Part shown: positions 13,801 through 27,216 of the stretch, piece after piece
How the letters are laid out: each line of letters begins with the position of its first letter
Numbering within the stretch: the stretch's first letter is position 1
Assembly: GCA_012295275.1 (NCBI GenBank)
Contig: CM022671.1
Coordinates: forward strand, 6,634,001-6,698,000
DNA length: 64,000 bases
Origin: Chrysomallon squamiferum
Lineage: Eukaryota; Animalia; Mollusca
Reading direction: 5' to 3'
Translations under genes and position numbers: made by a program
The notes under the pieces: model-generated
The model's database searches: none
The model's input: only the letters and a program-made list of their open reading frames with translations
What the model was told of the DNA's origin: nothing

Positions 13801-16800
13801 AAAACCAACAAAGTATCAATCAGATTTAACTCTTCCTGTTCAAAATCTATTTTCTACTTTACATTATAAATAAATAAATAAGTAAAACAACTGGTGTCTA
13901 TTTACTTCTTTTATATCTCTGTAATAATAATTTTTAAAAATTAAATGTAGTTACTCACCACAAGCCTCTTGGAAAGCACTGGACTGCATGTACAGGACAT
14001 AGAGAGGGTGAGGGAGATGATAGGCAGTTTGATGTTGTTCTCTGATTTCATCATAGGGCATCCCAAGATAATTCTGTACCGGCTTTGTCGCCTGTAAATA
14101 CAAAAACAAATATTATTTTTAATTTTTAATATTATTTTTTTAAGAATCAGAAATATGTATAATTATCTTTCTTAATATCTGCTGTTGACAACACACACAT
14201 ATATATATATATATATTATCATTTGTTAGAATTAAAAACTGGGTTGTAATTATGATGTAATACTAAACATGTTGCCATCAGAAGTTACCAGGAATGTACC
14301 AAAAGAAAAGAAAGTAATGGTTGGAATTAGATTCAGCTTGCTATGAAACATGAAAATTAATATTAAATGTGTGTTTGTGAACAGCAGATTACTAAATATC
14401 GTATTTCTGCAGTATGGAAGATAACTTGGGTTACAGGTCAAATTTAAACTTTGTACATGTTTTGATTTGAAGAAGTAATCTAAATTTCACCATTGAATGT
14501 TTGTTGATAACAAAACAATAAACTGTCAATTTGCCTATGACATTATCTCTGAGAGAACTATATTTAAAACACAAAACATCCTGACAGACTGAGGATACAG
14601 CTACTTAGCGATCAAGTGTTCAGTGTGTAACATTTCCATATAAACAAGATTTTTTTAATTATTATAAATGCAAGATATAGATGGTAGAGAAATAAATAGA
14701 GTTTAATATGTACCTGGAGGATGGAAGCTAACTTGGGCTGTAGACTTTCTAAATACTCTTCTTTGGTGGTGATTTCCTGGGTTATTGTCTCCTTGTTACT
14801 CTGAGATTCCTTCAGTTTTGTAGCAAGTCTAGGTACAAGACAAACATAAGAAACACCTTAATATATGGTTCTATCACTTTTTAAAAATGTTTTAATTCTG
14901 AACTGCAAACATCATTTTAGTAATTTACAGAGAATAGTTTAAAATGAGTTTTATTATATTTAAATACCAGTTTAAATCACAAACATCAGTTCAGTAATAA
15001 TTTTAAAAAATCAACACAAAAAATGAACATGATTATGTTCTTCATGATTAATTTAAGAAATGAATATTGTTTGTAAACATTTTACATCATTTAAAAACAG
15101 AAAGTCATTTTTTCATTAGAAAATGTTTAAAAATTAATCATAGAAATTTTATATGCTATTTCAGTTGGGTTTGTTTTTTTGTTTTTTTAAAATATTAAAA
15201 GTGAATGACAAATTAATCTAAAATCACTCACTGTTTTCTTTGCTCAAGTTCCCAATCCAACCTGGCCAGAGTCAACTGATGTGGATCATTTTTTGTGATT
15301 TTCTATAAAAAGAGAACAAAGTCTATAAACGTTTACAAACATTTTATTTTTTTTTTTTAAACTGAAGTTTGTTAAATCATACATCATTTATCCAAAACTT
15401 TTTCACAAATGTCATACTTCTTATCATCAATCTAAACACACTCAGTACTCATTTAGTAGCATGTATCTACTTATTTATTAATTCTCAACAGTTAAATTGT
15501 TGTATAATAATCAATTTATTTTTAATACAATAAACATTTCATGACATACACTTATTTTATTATATATACATGTACTTATTATTTTAACTCACCCAGCTTT
15601 CATTAATCACATCAATAAAAATAATTCCTTTCAGCCATTTTCTATGAAAATTCAAATTAAATCATGACCTAGACATATGTTAATATGTTTATTCTGACTT
15701 GTACATGACTTACAGGTTTGGAGATTTGTGCTGGTGCCTCCTTGTAGAACTCTTCAACATCAATCAACTCAATCTCCTCATCCTTTGACCTGAAGGTATA
15801 AAAATACTTACATATATACAATCAAAACCTGTTTTTATATTTTTGTGTATGCACTGACAGAGGCATCCTTTGATCTGTTTTACTTTAAATAAACATAAAA
15901 GCATAGTATTCAAAAACCTGTACATACATCTTTTGATTTAATACTTGTGTAATAATAAAGAAACTTTATGGTACATAAGAACATATACCTGTATGTATTA
16001 TGAAATGCTCAGTTTAAAGTTAAACACTTACACACGAAAGACTTGAAATATAAAAATCGCTATATGCACATACAAGATATGGAAACAAACGAAATGTGCA
16101 TGTCTACATCCTATTAACTTGAAGTAATAATGTGTGTGACTCTGTAGCTGGGTTGTATATAAAAGAGATATTTTGTTATTTCTTTCTGTTGAAATCACTA
16201 GATAAAATATTTACATAACTAGGTTGTATATAAAAAGAAAAACTTACTTGAATTCAAGACATTTTGTTATTTCTTTCTGTAAATGCATTGCTTCATACAA
16301 CAGATTCTGTAACTGTAGATGGTACTGGTCAATTCTCTGCTTAGCCTGAAATTTAAAATTATTACATTTAACAACACTATCTCACTGTTATGATGACCAG
16401 TTAGAGCAAAATGATTGTATCACCAAATTACAACCCTACACATTACATAGTCCTGGCAATATGAAGTTTTAACCCAAAACCAGTGCTAACAAATTTCATA
16501 ATTTTCATACTGATTAAGACTTGTTGGAGTATAGAAATATTAGAAAATAAAATATATACTTTATAAACAAAATATAGGACCTGTGAAATTATCTTTTCTT
16601 TGTTTCAGAGAAAAATTTAATGTTCTAAATAAATAATCATTTACTCAAGTTTTTATTATTATCACTCTTGCTTTTTTGTTTTATTTATTTCTGTTAGGAA
16701 ATAATTTGCTGATTATTGAGTTGAATAGGTAGAAATTAATAAATAAAAATCTCTGTCAGTGTAACAGTTTGTTTTATATTTCAGTGTTTTCTTTGTATAC

Positions 16801-18504
16801 ATGATGTAATATGACTTCTTGAAAGAATGGAAAATAGTAGCTTCCATTCTTTATCACTGACATGTGTATGGATGTGTATGGATGGATATGAATACTGGAC
16901 CATATAACTAGCAGATACTGGTTTCCAATTACAGATAAAACAATAAGTTCAAACAAAAGATTACCTCAGCAGTTGCCTCTCTCATTTTGCGACATCGAAA
17001 ATGTGACAATCTGTTCAGCTTTTTCAAAACGACAAACTGAAGGCTAGCATCAATCTTCTTGTTTTCAATGTCACTAAAATTCTGAAAAAAAAAAGTTTAA
17101 AATTAACAGTGTTTACACTGGCTTAATAATATTAGAACTTTATTATAAAAAATAACAAATTCCATTTTATAAATCTTTACAAAACTAACACTGGTAGAAA
17201 CACTTGTAGCCATTTTATTTAGATTTTACAGAATATTATAAACATTATATTAAACAGCATTTTTCTTTTGGCACAAATATTTAAAACCAAATACTGTTTC
17301 TGGCACATTCCAAGGTATGCACAACAGCATGTCAATACTTTTACTATTTGAAACTTTATTTTTTTATTATTTTATATTTAATGTTTGTTTTTTTTCCTTA
17401 CCACTAAGACTGATAAAATTTAAAATTACACTTCTTTACAAAGTACAGACCAACACACGATTTCTGTGACAATTACAAGTCAATATTACCCAAATTTTAT
17501 TTTATTTTATTATTATTATTTTTTTAAATAAATGAAAGTAAAATTTAATCTGGACTTACTTCATCCTTGTTAGTTTTCTGTTGTCTGATATCAACAATTG
17601 CCTGGCGGATGTTGCCACAAGCAGCTTTAAAAATTTCTAAATCTTTTTCAGGATTGCGGGCTGCTGCTTCTTCTTCTTCAGCATAGAACTGGGAAATATG
17701 AAACTCCTAAAACACAGACAGACAGTAAAACAGTATGATAATTGTAACACAAAAATAATAAAATTAATTAATTAAAGTTTTAACACCAGTCTAAAAATAT
17801 ACTAAGATTTAGATCATTCACATGCAAATTATTAAAACAATAAATAATCCACAAAAGTAATAAACAATAACAATTTGATGATAATAACAAAAACAACAAT
17901 AATGAGACTTACATTAGTTATTTATAGTACATCTTAATAATTTGTTTTGAACCTTTAGAGAAAACTGAGAAACAGATTATATATAAAATAAATAAAATAA
18001 AATATATAAAACAAAGCATAATTAAAATCTGTGAAATATGACTGAATATCATTGTTATCATTATCATGATTACGATGATCATCAACGTCAACTTCAACTT
18101 GAAATTGTCTCGTAACTCTCTTGTAATTACTAAATTAGCACTTTAAGATGTTTATAGCATATATAAGATCAGCTTTATGAGTTCCACCTGATCACGAACC
18201 GATCGTAATCTGAGTTCATGCATGATCACTCTGATGAGTGACTAAATTATTTAGGCTCCAAATTGGGGATTCATTGATACTAGTCAATAATCATATTATC
18301 GTAGTAATCCTGTACAATCATAATGGAATGGATGCCGAAGCGTAATGTTATTAAGAATTAATTATGTGTTTAAATTACCCTTGATGGAGCATTGTCGATA
18401 ATTTTTGGTTTTTTATTATCTGGTACATTTGGCGACGAGTCTGATTTAAGAATTCTTTTCTTCTTCTTCTCTTTTTCACCATCCTTTATAAGCGGGCTAG
18501 ACAT
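7483..18504 (-). CDS. THOC5: THO complex subunit 5 (FMIP); 18 coding exons; apparent 1-bp deletion at 10012-10015
   Basis: Exons 18504-18379, 17706-17560, 17081-16965, 16345-16248, 15789-15714, 15302-15232, 14828-14714, 14091-13959, 13462-13385, 13022-12979, 12354-12255, 11720-11609, 11323-11222, 10793-10588, 10064-9874, 9131-9016, 8441-8257, 7546-7483. Motifs [90 protein letters not shown] and C-terminal [11 protein letters not shown]...FTQR* match THOC5. Confidence 0.95.
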
Positions 18505-19275
18505 TTTCTCAAATTTTTTGAATAAGACTGGTACTTGTGTAAGTGATTGGTGTTCGTATTTTTCGTCTTTGAATTGTTTTCCGCCGTTAGTGTCAGAGCT
18601 TTTATAAATATATATATGCAATTGACTGGTATATTAATAAATTTTAAAAAAATTTACTCTGTATAGATATTTCTTTCCCATTTGCAAAATAAAAATAAGA
18701 AATAAAAAATAAGAAAAAAGAATCATATAGAAATGATCGATATGGCTACATCATACGTTTTTTATATACCAACACCATCACTACCAATAACAATAATAAA
18801 TAAATAAATTTATTATTATTATTATTAGTTAATAATTTTGATCTTGTTAACCACTTTTTTCCCATATATATTAATATATGTGCTACAATTTAATTTCATT
18901 TATATGTTTGTCTATATTCCCCCTCCCGCCTATACATTTACTTTTATCTAATCGGATTTAACATAATTATAACAAACTAGCATATTTTTGACATTACTTC
19001 TACCTTTATTTATTTTATTTGCAGCATCAGATTTTATATATTTTAAAATTATTATTATTATTAGTAGTAGTAGTAGTAGTAGTAGCAGTAGTAGTAGCAG
19101 TAGTAGTAGTAGTTGTTGTTGTTGTAGTAGTAGTAGTATAGAGTTTTGTTCGTTTGTTTTCTGTTATCGTCAATAAATAAATATTTTTCAATGTCATGAC
19201 GAAATATTATTAAAAAATATCTAAGCGTAGGATATTTAATTTTTTTTTATATTTTTTATTACGATAACATCATTT

Positions 19276-19425
19276 GCCACGTCGACGTTATATTGCCTGT
19301 CGGGGTACTTTCCCATCGTGTGTCACCAGCTATATTTAGAGGAGTTGCATCATGCTACTTTAACCAATCAAATGAAAGATATGCAGTACGTCATGGAGGA
19401 ATATAGCCAATAAACTCAAGCCACA
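19276..19425 (+). promoter_or_regulatory. ER-stress elements in the XBP1 promoter: ERSE (19407-19425) and UPRE-like GCCACGTC (19276-19283)
   Basis: CCAAT-aaactcaag(9 nt)-CCACA fits the ERSE consensus CCAAT-N9-CCAC(G/A). GCCACGTC is the reverse complement of a GACGTGGC XBP1/ATF6-type core. A further CCAAT lies near 19363 and a TACGTCA half-CRE near 19387. Confidence 0.7.
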
Positions 19426-19556
19426 TCAGCAGTTTCACTAAATACATAATGGCGAGAAATAAGTAAACATGAGGTGACATATAGATTAACAAAACAACCC
19501 CTAGAGCTGTATTTCCAATTCCCTAATTTGATCGGAAACGTACATGGACTTCGAAA

Positions 19557-21369
19557 ATGTCTTCTTCAGGAAAGCCTAAGACCATCATCATAACATCCAC
19601 GCAGAAAAAGCAAGCAATGTTGTCAATTCCACAGTCAGTTACAATTTCTGTTCCACTGGCTGACAGATTGCCATTGGTTATGGACGAAGAGCAGCCCCGA
19701 AAACGACGGCGTTTAACAAATTTAACGCCAGAAGAGAAAATGCTTCGAAGGTAATATTTTTTTATTTTTTATTTTACAATAAAATATTTGTTTTAACTTT
19801 AACTGGATGAGCTGATGTGGGCGTCAACCAATATGTTTCACACAAATCATCAAATACCAAGATTCAAATGTTACTAAATTAAAAAGAAAGGGGAAAAAAC
19901 AAAAACAAAACAACCTTTTTACTGGTCAAATATTTATTAATAATTTATATAGATGTTAATTTAAGCCAGGAATATTATTACATTGACAACAATAACAAAA
20001 AAACAACAACAAAAAAAAACAGCCATCGTCACAACTACCACGAAATGACAACATGAATCTAGGTTTTTAATTTTTTTTGTAACCACCTGCTAATTATATT
20101 TATTTAATTATTAATAGCATTAAGGTAAAAACATATAATGGTTAAAAAATGTGCATGCTTTTTTTTTTCTTTTTTTTTTTTTTTATGGCAGTATTTTAGT
20201 TGATTTATTTCTACTTTTAAATTTTCTTTTTTTTTAAATTTATTTATTTATTAATTTAAAAAAAAAATTTGTATCAAATTCTTTTCTTTCTTTTTACCTT
20301 TATTTTCCTTATGCAAAATAATGAATTTATCTTAAATCACTTAAACATACACTTCCAGAATTTTTTTTTTTTTACATATTTGTTTTGTTTTGTTTATTCC
20401 ACCAGGAAGCTAAAGAACAGGGTTGCTGCACAGACAGCCAGAGACAGAAAGAAAGCACAGATGTCGGATTTGGAAATAAAATTGGCAGCCATGGAAGCGG
20501 AAAACAAAAAATTACAGCAGGAGAACCTTGCACTTCGGACCCAGTCTGGAGCTCTCGCACAAGAAAACAGTGAACTGAAGAAACGTCTGAGTGGGGCGGT
20601 GTCTGGTGGTGTGTTGTCTGGTTGGACAGAGTCTGAGTCACACAGGTCTGCAGCATCTGCTGTTCCTCTGCCGAAGGAACAGATTCAAGCTCTGTCTGCC
20701 TGGATAACGAAAATCACAGCCTTTGCCCTGACACTCAGGTATGTACAGTTTACTTGGGCCCATAGTCACGCTCTTTTAACTGATAGTCTGTTTTCTGTAA
20801 ATTTCAGTTCTTTTTGCTTCTCTTGAAAAATAATGTTTGATTCAAAGTAGCATTCTGTTAAAATACTTTGATGTTAAAACTTAGTGCATTCCAAAGTTTA
20901 ATATTAAAAAACAGTTTTAAAATTGGACATTATTGAGATTTTTCAGTATTTCAAATTGATATTTTGAATTTAATATATCTCACCTCATTTGTCCAACACA
21001 TTGACAGGTTTTTGTTTACAGAAATTAATGTTAATAATTTATTGTTTTGTGAAAAATAAATTTCAAATGCAAAATACCACGGTTGAAAATGTAAATCAAA
21101 TTTAAAATAGTAAAAATAGGAAAATAGTTAAAAATCTTTGTTAGTAGTATTATAAAATGTTTTTATCTCTGCAATGTTTTGTTTTTACTTTCAGCCTGAT
21201 GTACTGCTTGGGTTATTACAGCAACTCAGCAACGAAAGCATCAAACATAAGTCAGAAGAGGAAGCAGTCACAAGCACTCACACAAAATCTCTCCCCCACA
21301 GACAACAACTTCAATCTCAAGTGGTGGGGCCCACACCAACAGAGCTGGAATCCCTCAATGAACTTATAA
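19557..21369 (+). CDS. XBP1: XBP1 unspliced form XBP1u (~233 aa)
   Basis: The same exons with the 20-nt intron retained give a hydrophobic stretch (ALSAWITKITAFALTLSLMYCLGYY) and C-terminus LKWWGPHQQSWNPSMNL*, similar to the mammalian XBP1u arrest peptide (CQWGRHQPSWKPLMN). Confidence 0.92.
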
Positions 21370-22001
21370 AGTTTGATCACATCTACTTCAAGTCACCCTG
21401 TGTCACAGAGGATCCCTGTGTTGAGAAAAATAAAACAGAAATAAAGTCCAAAGATGAAATTGTTCATCATTCAGGTTCAGACGTTACTGCAGCTTCTGCA
21501 GTATCGGAGTTGGTGTCAAGTTTTCCAGTACATGATGTACCAAAAACAGCAGCACCAGAAATAACAGCAGAGTTTCCAGTGCAAGAAACAATACCTTCTT
21601 TTCCCGTACCAGAGATTGCTGTACATGATTTAGATGACCTTTCTGAAAACCTGCAGCTTCTGGATGAGCTGGAAGATTTGTTTCAACAGAGGGATCTGCT
21701 GGGTGACAGCCCTGGCACAGACTTTATTTCACAGGAAGTACTGGCACAAGAAGCAAGTAAACCTTCAACAGGGAAAAAACGAAAACATTCACTATCTTCT
21801 GACAGTGCATACTCCTCTGACATTGATGTTGTGGATCTGACAAGTGACGTCAGTTCTCCGTTTCAGTCTTCAGAACTTAGTTCTCCATATCAATCTCAAG
21901 ACGTCACTGATGTCAACTCTCCACTCAGTGACATTTCTTCACCTCTGAGTGACGAAGCTTGGGAAGAGGGTTTCATGGATTTGTTTCCTGCTTTGGTCTA
22001 A
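19557..22001 (+). CDS. XBP1: X-box binding protein 1, spliced form XBP1s (~437 aa bZIP transcription factor)
   Basis: Exons 19557-19750, 20406-20738 (minus the 20-nt intron 20651-20670) and 21195-22001. bZIP region RKRRRLTNLTPEEKMLRRKLKNRVAAQTARDRKK. S-frame motifs PDVLLGLL, ELESLNELIKFDHIYFK and C-terminal WEEGFMDLFPALV*. Confidence 0.97.
20651..20670 (+). other. IRE1-cleaved unconventional intron (20 nt) of XBP1 mRNA
   Basis: CTG^CAGC loop on an aggt/atct stem and CTG^CCGA loop on an 8-bp ctgttcct/aggaacag stem. Basal stem gacagag(20625-20631)/ctctgtc(20690-20696). Removing 20 nt joins the bZIP to the S-frame in exact phase. Confidence 0.93.
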
Positions 22002-22965
22002 CTGGTGTTCAAAATCAAAATTCTTACACAGATTTATTGTGTAGCTCAGCATCAGGGTTTAAAGAGTAACTCGAGTTTATAAAGTAATGTGTTCATCTGT
22101 ATTTATTATACATGTATCATGCAGTTGTCATTGTTGGAGGAGGATGTGTACATAAACTGATGTAAAATGTGATCACATGCTTCAAGATTAGATGTTTTCT
22201 GTGAAATAAATGTCTTAGTAGCCGAACATGGTTTTTGACTTTTATTTTGGGATTGGGGGAATGACTCAAAATGCTGTAAATAAAAGGAAGTATATTTAAA
22301 AATTAAAATCTTTTATTTCTGTGTTAACGTATGCTTAGTTGATTATAGAAAAATGTTTGTTAATTGGGTTTGTTGTAACAGGTGTATTTAATGTATGCAT
22401 TTAATTAATTGCAATGGGAAATGGTACAACAGCTGTGAAAACAACCATCTCAATAAATAAGTCTCCACAGGTCACTTTTAACTACACATCAAACAGTAGT
22501 TAAATCTGAGTATTCTGATGAAAAACAAGATTTGCAGTAATAAAATGTTAATATTTAGATACAGATAAAATGTTGATACTTAAAGACAGATGTATTGGTG
22601 ATATTAGCTATAGTGGTATAATTTATAAAACTTCTCCTTTGGTTGAAAGATGTAACAATTCAATTAGTTATTGAGCTGGGCAGTTTTCTAAAGAATTGAA
22701 GATAATGGGAGATACACAATTCTTTGATGTCTTGAAGAATCTCATTTTTCTGTAATATTTTTACACTTGCTAGGGGCAATAAAAACTGCAGTTAAGAAAG
22801 CAACATGAGTTTACTAAAATCAATCGAGAGTTGATTACAGAGAGTTAAGTTTAGGAAAATCAACAAAGCATTGTTCTAGTTTTCTGTGAATATTTTGAGC
22901 TAAACAAATAAGATTCTTTATTCATCTCAGATATTTTTAAAATTCAATGCCAAATAGCATTAAGG

Positions 22966-23018
<53 letters not shown>

Positions 23019-24351
23019 CTAAAACAAAATAAAAAAATTCTACTGCAGCTTAAATGCTTGTAAATCTGAAAAAACCCACAAAACCCCCACAAAAACCCCA
23101 AAACACACAAAACAAAACAAAAATAAAACAAAAATAATAATAATAAAATAAATAAAAATACATTGAAAGTTAAAAATAATAATGATAAAATAAAAATAAT
23201 TATAAAAGAATCAATAATAATAAGAAGAAGAAGAAGAAGAATGGAGAAGAAAAAAGAAAGACAGAAAGAAAGAAAGAGAAAGAAGGACGTGATAGTACCT
23301 GCACCCATTATTTCTTTGCCTGGGTGATGCATCAGAAAACTTCGCGAGACATGATTCCTCTCTCACACACATGGAGGCACTGATGCGCACATCAAGTAAA
23401 AAAAACACAAAAAATTTAAATAATGCAGAGGAATAAATGATTCATATTAAATTAATGAGTATATAAATTATATACTTTCTCGTTGTCTACAAACATCGAA
23501 AACAAATTGAGAGATTACAGATAAATTATTGATAGTATATTGATGATAATGATGATGGATGATGAAAGTGAGAGATAGAGAGAAACTGAAAACAGATTCG
23601 GAACTTGGGTATTATTTTTTTTTTTTAAATTATATTTATGGTTCTAGATTTTTTTTTTCTTTGCCTATACAGCTTATACTTTGTACTGTTAGGCGCTCCT
23701 CTTAGTCAGAAAATAAACAACGAAGAATATAAGCAAATAGGAAAAAGAACCAGTCTATTAAAACTTGTAAACAATGTCGACATTCAACAGGTGTGCTTGT
23801 TTATAACTACTAAAATTATGTTATTATTTATTATCAAATTACTTACAAGTATTAAGTGTCCATTTACAATTTAATTTGCCAGAATTATATATTTGAAAGT
23901 ATATTTATGTACCTAATATTTTATATTTAATTAGATGTACATATGTTCAGCAAAGTAGCCGATACGGCGATAGGTTCTTGTAACTTTAGTGTAAGGTGTT
24001 AAATAGTACAGTTATCTACATGATACACAGATAAAATACACGTCACACACACACACACACACACACACACAGTGACACACACACGGAGGCAAAGACGCAA
24101 ACAAACTTGGAAATACCACTACCTTAAATAAGCAAACAAATAACCTTTGAAGTGAAAATAATACTATTACTATTACTGTATTAGGAATGAAAAATTAAAT
24201 TTCTTAGTATGTAAAAAAAAAAAAAAAAAAAAATTAAGCAGCACTATTTGTTATTAATATTGCAGGTTGTTATTATAGGATGGTAAGAAAAGGAAAAGTT
24301 GGAGTGTGATGTGTGTTTTGAGATGACCCACTTTTCTTTAAAAGAACTGCC

Positions 24352-27155
24352 ATGGCAGAACAACTCAACACCTCAGAGATAGGTAATGATATACACGTGT
24401 ATATATGTATATGTGTGTGTATGTGTGTATGTAAGTATATGTATATATTTATATATATATGTTTGCATGTGTGTATATATATATATATGAATGTTCGTTT
24501 GTATATATATATATAAACAAACATTCATATATTTAACACAACATATATTAGATGCATATTTAATATATATATATATACACACATACACACATCTCTGTAC
24601 ATAGGAATAAATGGTACAATGGCCATTGTTTAAAAATATAGTTTAAACTATCATCTATATATACATGTTAGATATATATTTACTTCAAAGTATATCAGAT
24701 ACATATTTTGATACAGTGTATATTACATATATATTTAATACAACGTATATTAGATGTATATTTAATATGTATATCAGATACATGTTTTTATACAGCACAT
24801 ATTAGATGTATATTTAATATATATAGATATAGGCATACATATCTGTACATATGAATAAATGGGGCAAGGAGTTTTGTTTAAAACTGTAATTTAAACTGTC
24901 TTCTTCAAAGCCATATTTGTACAATATTTGTCATGGTTAAATTCATACTGTATTGAATATTTCTGGTTAAATTGACTGTGTACAACATTTACTTCCTGGT
25001 TTGCTAATTCACACTGTACTCATTTTTAAAACAATGTCTGTGTAAAAGGAAGTGAATGTGACCTGCAGTTATCACTGCAAAATTTTATTAAATGATACTT
25101 TTTTGAAAGATGAGCATGTTTCTCTATTATAAAACTTTAACAACAAAATGAGAATTTTTAGAAATTATTATTTTGTTTTGTGTTTTCATGACATTTCATC
25201 ACTTTGCAGTTATTTCACTATTTTTTTAATTTTGTGTGATTAATTAAAAAATTTATATTATAAAAAGCATGGTATAATTGTTTTTATTTTATCCTTTGAT
25301 GTTTAGCGAACATATATTGTGAAATATGCAAGTTAATGATTATTCCACTTTAAAGATGTAATAAAAATTTGTGTTTTAATTTTTTAATTATTTGTTTTTA
25401 GCTGAAGAAAACATTCCAAATAATTTATTTGACAAACCAGTAAGTAATGATTTTTATTATTAACTTTTTTAAAATATTATTATTATTATTTTTATTATTA
25501 TTATTATTTTTATTATTATTATTATTATTGTTATTGTTATTGTTATTGTTATTGTTATTGTTGTTGTAGTTGTTGTTCTTGCTGCTGTTATTATTAGTGG
25601 TGGTGTCATTCTTATTATTCTTTTTCTTATTCTTCTTCTTATTATTATAAGTATTAAAATAATTTTAATGAGGTATTTAAATAAAAAAATATTTTTTTTA
25701 AAGATCCAATGAAATATGCTAATCATAAGTGTTTGCTAATTAAAATTTGTTTTTGAATACAGGTAGAACTTTGGTCAACTCCTGATGTGATAAAGTGGCT
25801 GCAAAGAAATAATCTGCACAAATTTAGTTTTCTACTTAACAGTGAGTGTTACACTCATTTTAGTTTTTCTATTTTTAATTTTTAATTACGTTCCACTTTG
25901 TTTTAACTTTGTACAAAAATCTGGAGAATACATTTTAAATATTTTCACATGCTAAATGATGAAACTGACAACAGATGATGTTATATTGGTTTTTGCTATG
26001 GTCATGCACATGTGTGTGTGGGTGTATGTGTTTACATATTATACTGCTCATATTTTCAGGACTTGAAATAACTGGGAAAGATTTGGTTGATTTGAAGCTA
26101 GAATTTCTTGGTAAATATTTTAAAATGTTTTATGATAATTTATGTTCTGTTGAGAATCATTTGTAACGAACAATTTATTTCACTGTAGCTTATATCTTAC
26201 ACAAGCAGGCAAATACACTGTATATAAAATGTATTATATATATATATATGTTTATGCTGATATATTACATGTTTATTACATGTATATATAGCACAATATA
26301 TACAAGATACATGTTGTGTTATAGTATATATTAGATGTATATTTAATACAGTCTATATTAGATGTATATTTAATACAGTGTATATTAGATGTATATTTAA
26401 TACAGAGTATATTAGATGTATATTTAATACAGTGTATATTAGATACATATTTAATACAATGTATATTAGATGTATATTTAATACAGTGTATATTTAATAG
26501 AATGTATAAAAAATGTATATTTAATACAGTGTATATTGAATGTATATTTAATACAGTGTATATAAGATGTATATTTAATACAGTTTTATAAGATGTATAT
26601 TTAATACAGTGTATATAAGATGTATATTTAATACAGTGTTGTAGGATGTGTATCTAATGTATTTCAGATGACACCAGTGTGTCAACTGAAGACAGAGAGT
26701 TGTTTCTCTCTGAGTTGTATGATCTGATCAAACCTCACTGTGACAATATGGCTGACATGAAAAAGGGACAGAATCTGAAAAGTTCATGGGAGCAGGGAAA
26801 ATACCTGGCAGCCATTCAAGTATCTCAAAAACAGCGAGCTCGGAGTAAATCTTCCTCTGTTCTCCTTTGTTCTGACGTCTGCTCGTCGCCAAAACTGAGG
26901 TCAAGGTCAGAGTGAATTTAAATTATTTAAAAATTGATTTGTTCTTAATTGTAAACCGTGTCACAGTTTTATATCTGAAAATAATTGATAAATATACCAT
27001 CAGAATGTTATAAATTTTTCTCAGAATGTTATAATTTACTTAGGCTGTGCATAATGAACATAAAGTTGTATGGACATTTTATGGTTTGCAGAAAGCAGCA
27101 AAATTTTAATTTCTTTAAGTTGTTATAAACAATCATACTTTGAAATGTAAAACTA

Positions 27156-27216
<61 letters not shown>

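Noticed and set aside
18505-18621. N-terminal extension of THOC5 (MHIYIYK...)
   Set aside because: It begins in a TA-repeat/TATA-like stretch. The typical THOC5 basic N-terminus follows the ATG at 18504.
23324-23390. C/D-box snoRNA-like segment (GTGATGC...CTGA with short inverted ends)
   Set aside because: The C box is imperfect, there is no recognisable rRNA guide, and it is not in an established intron.
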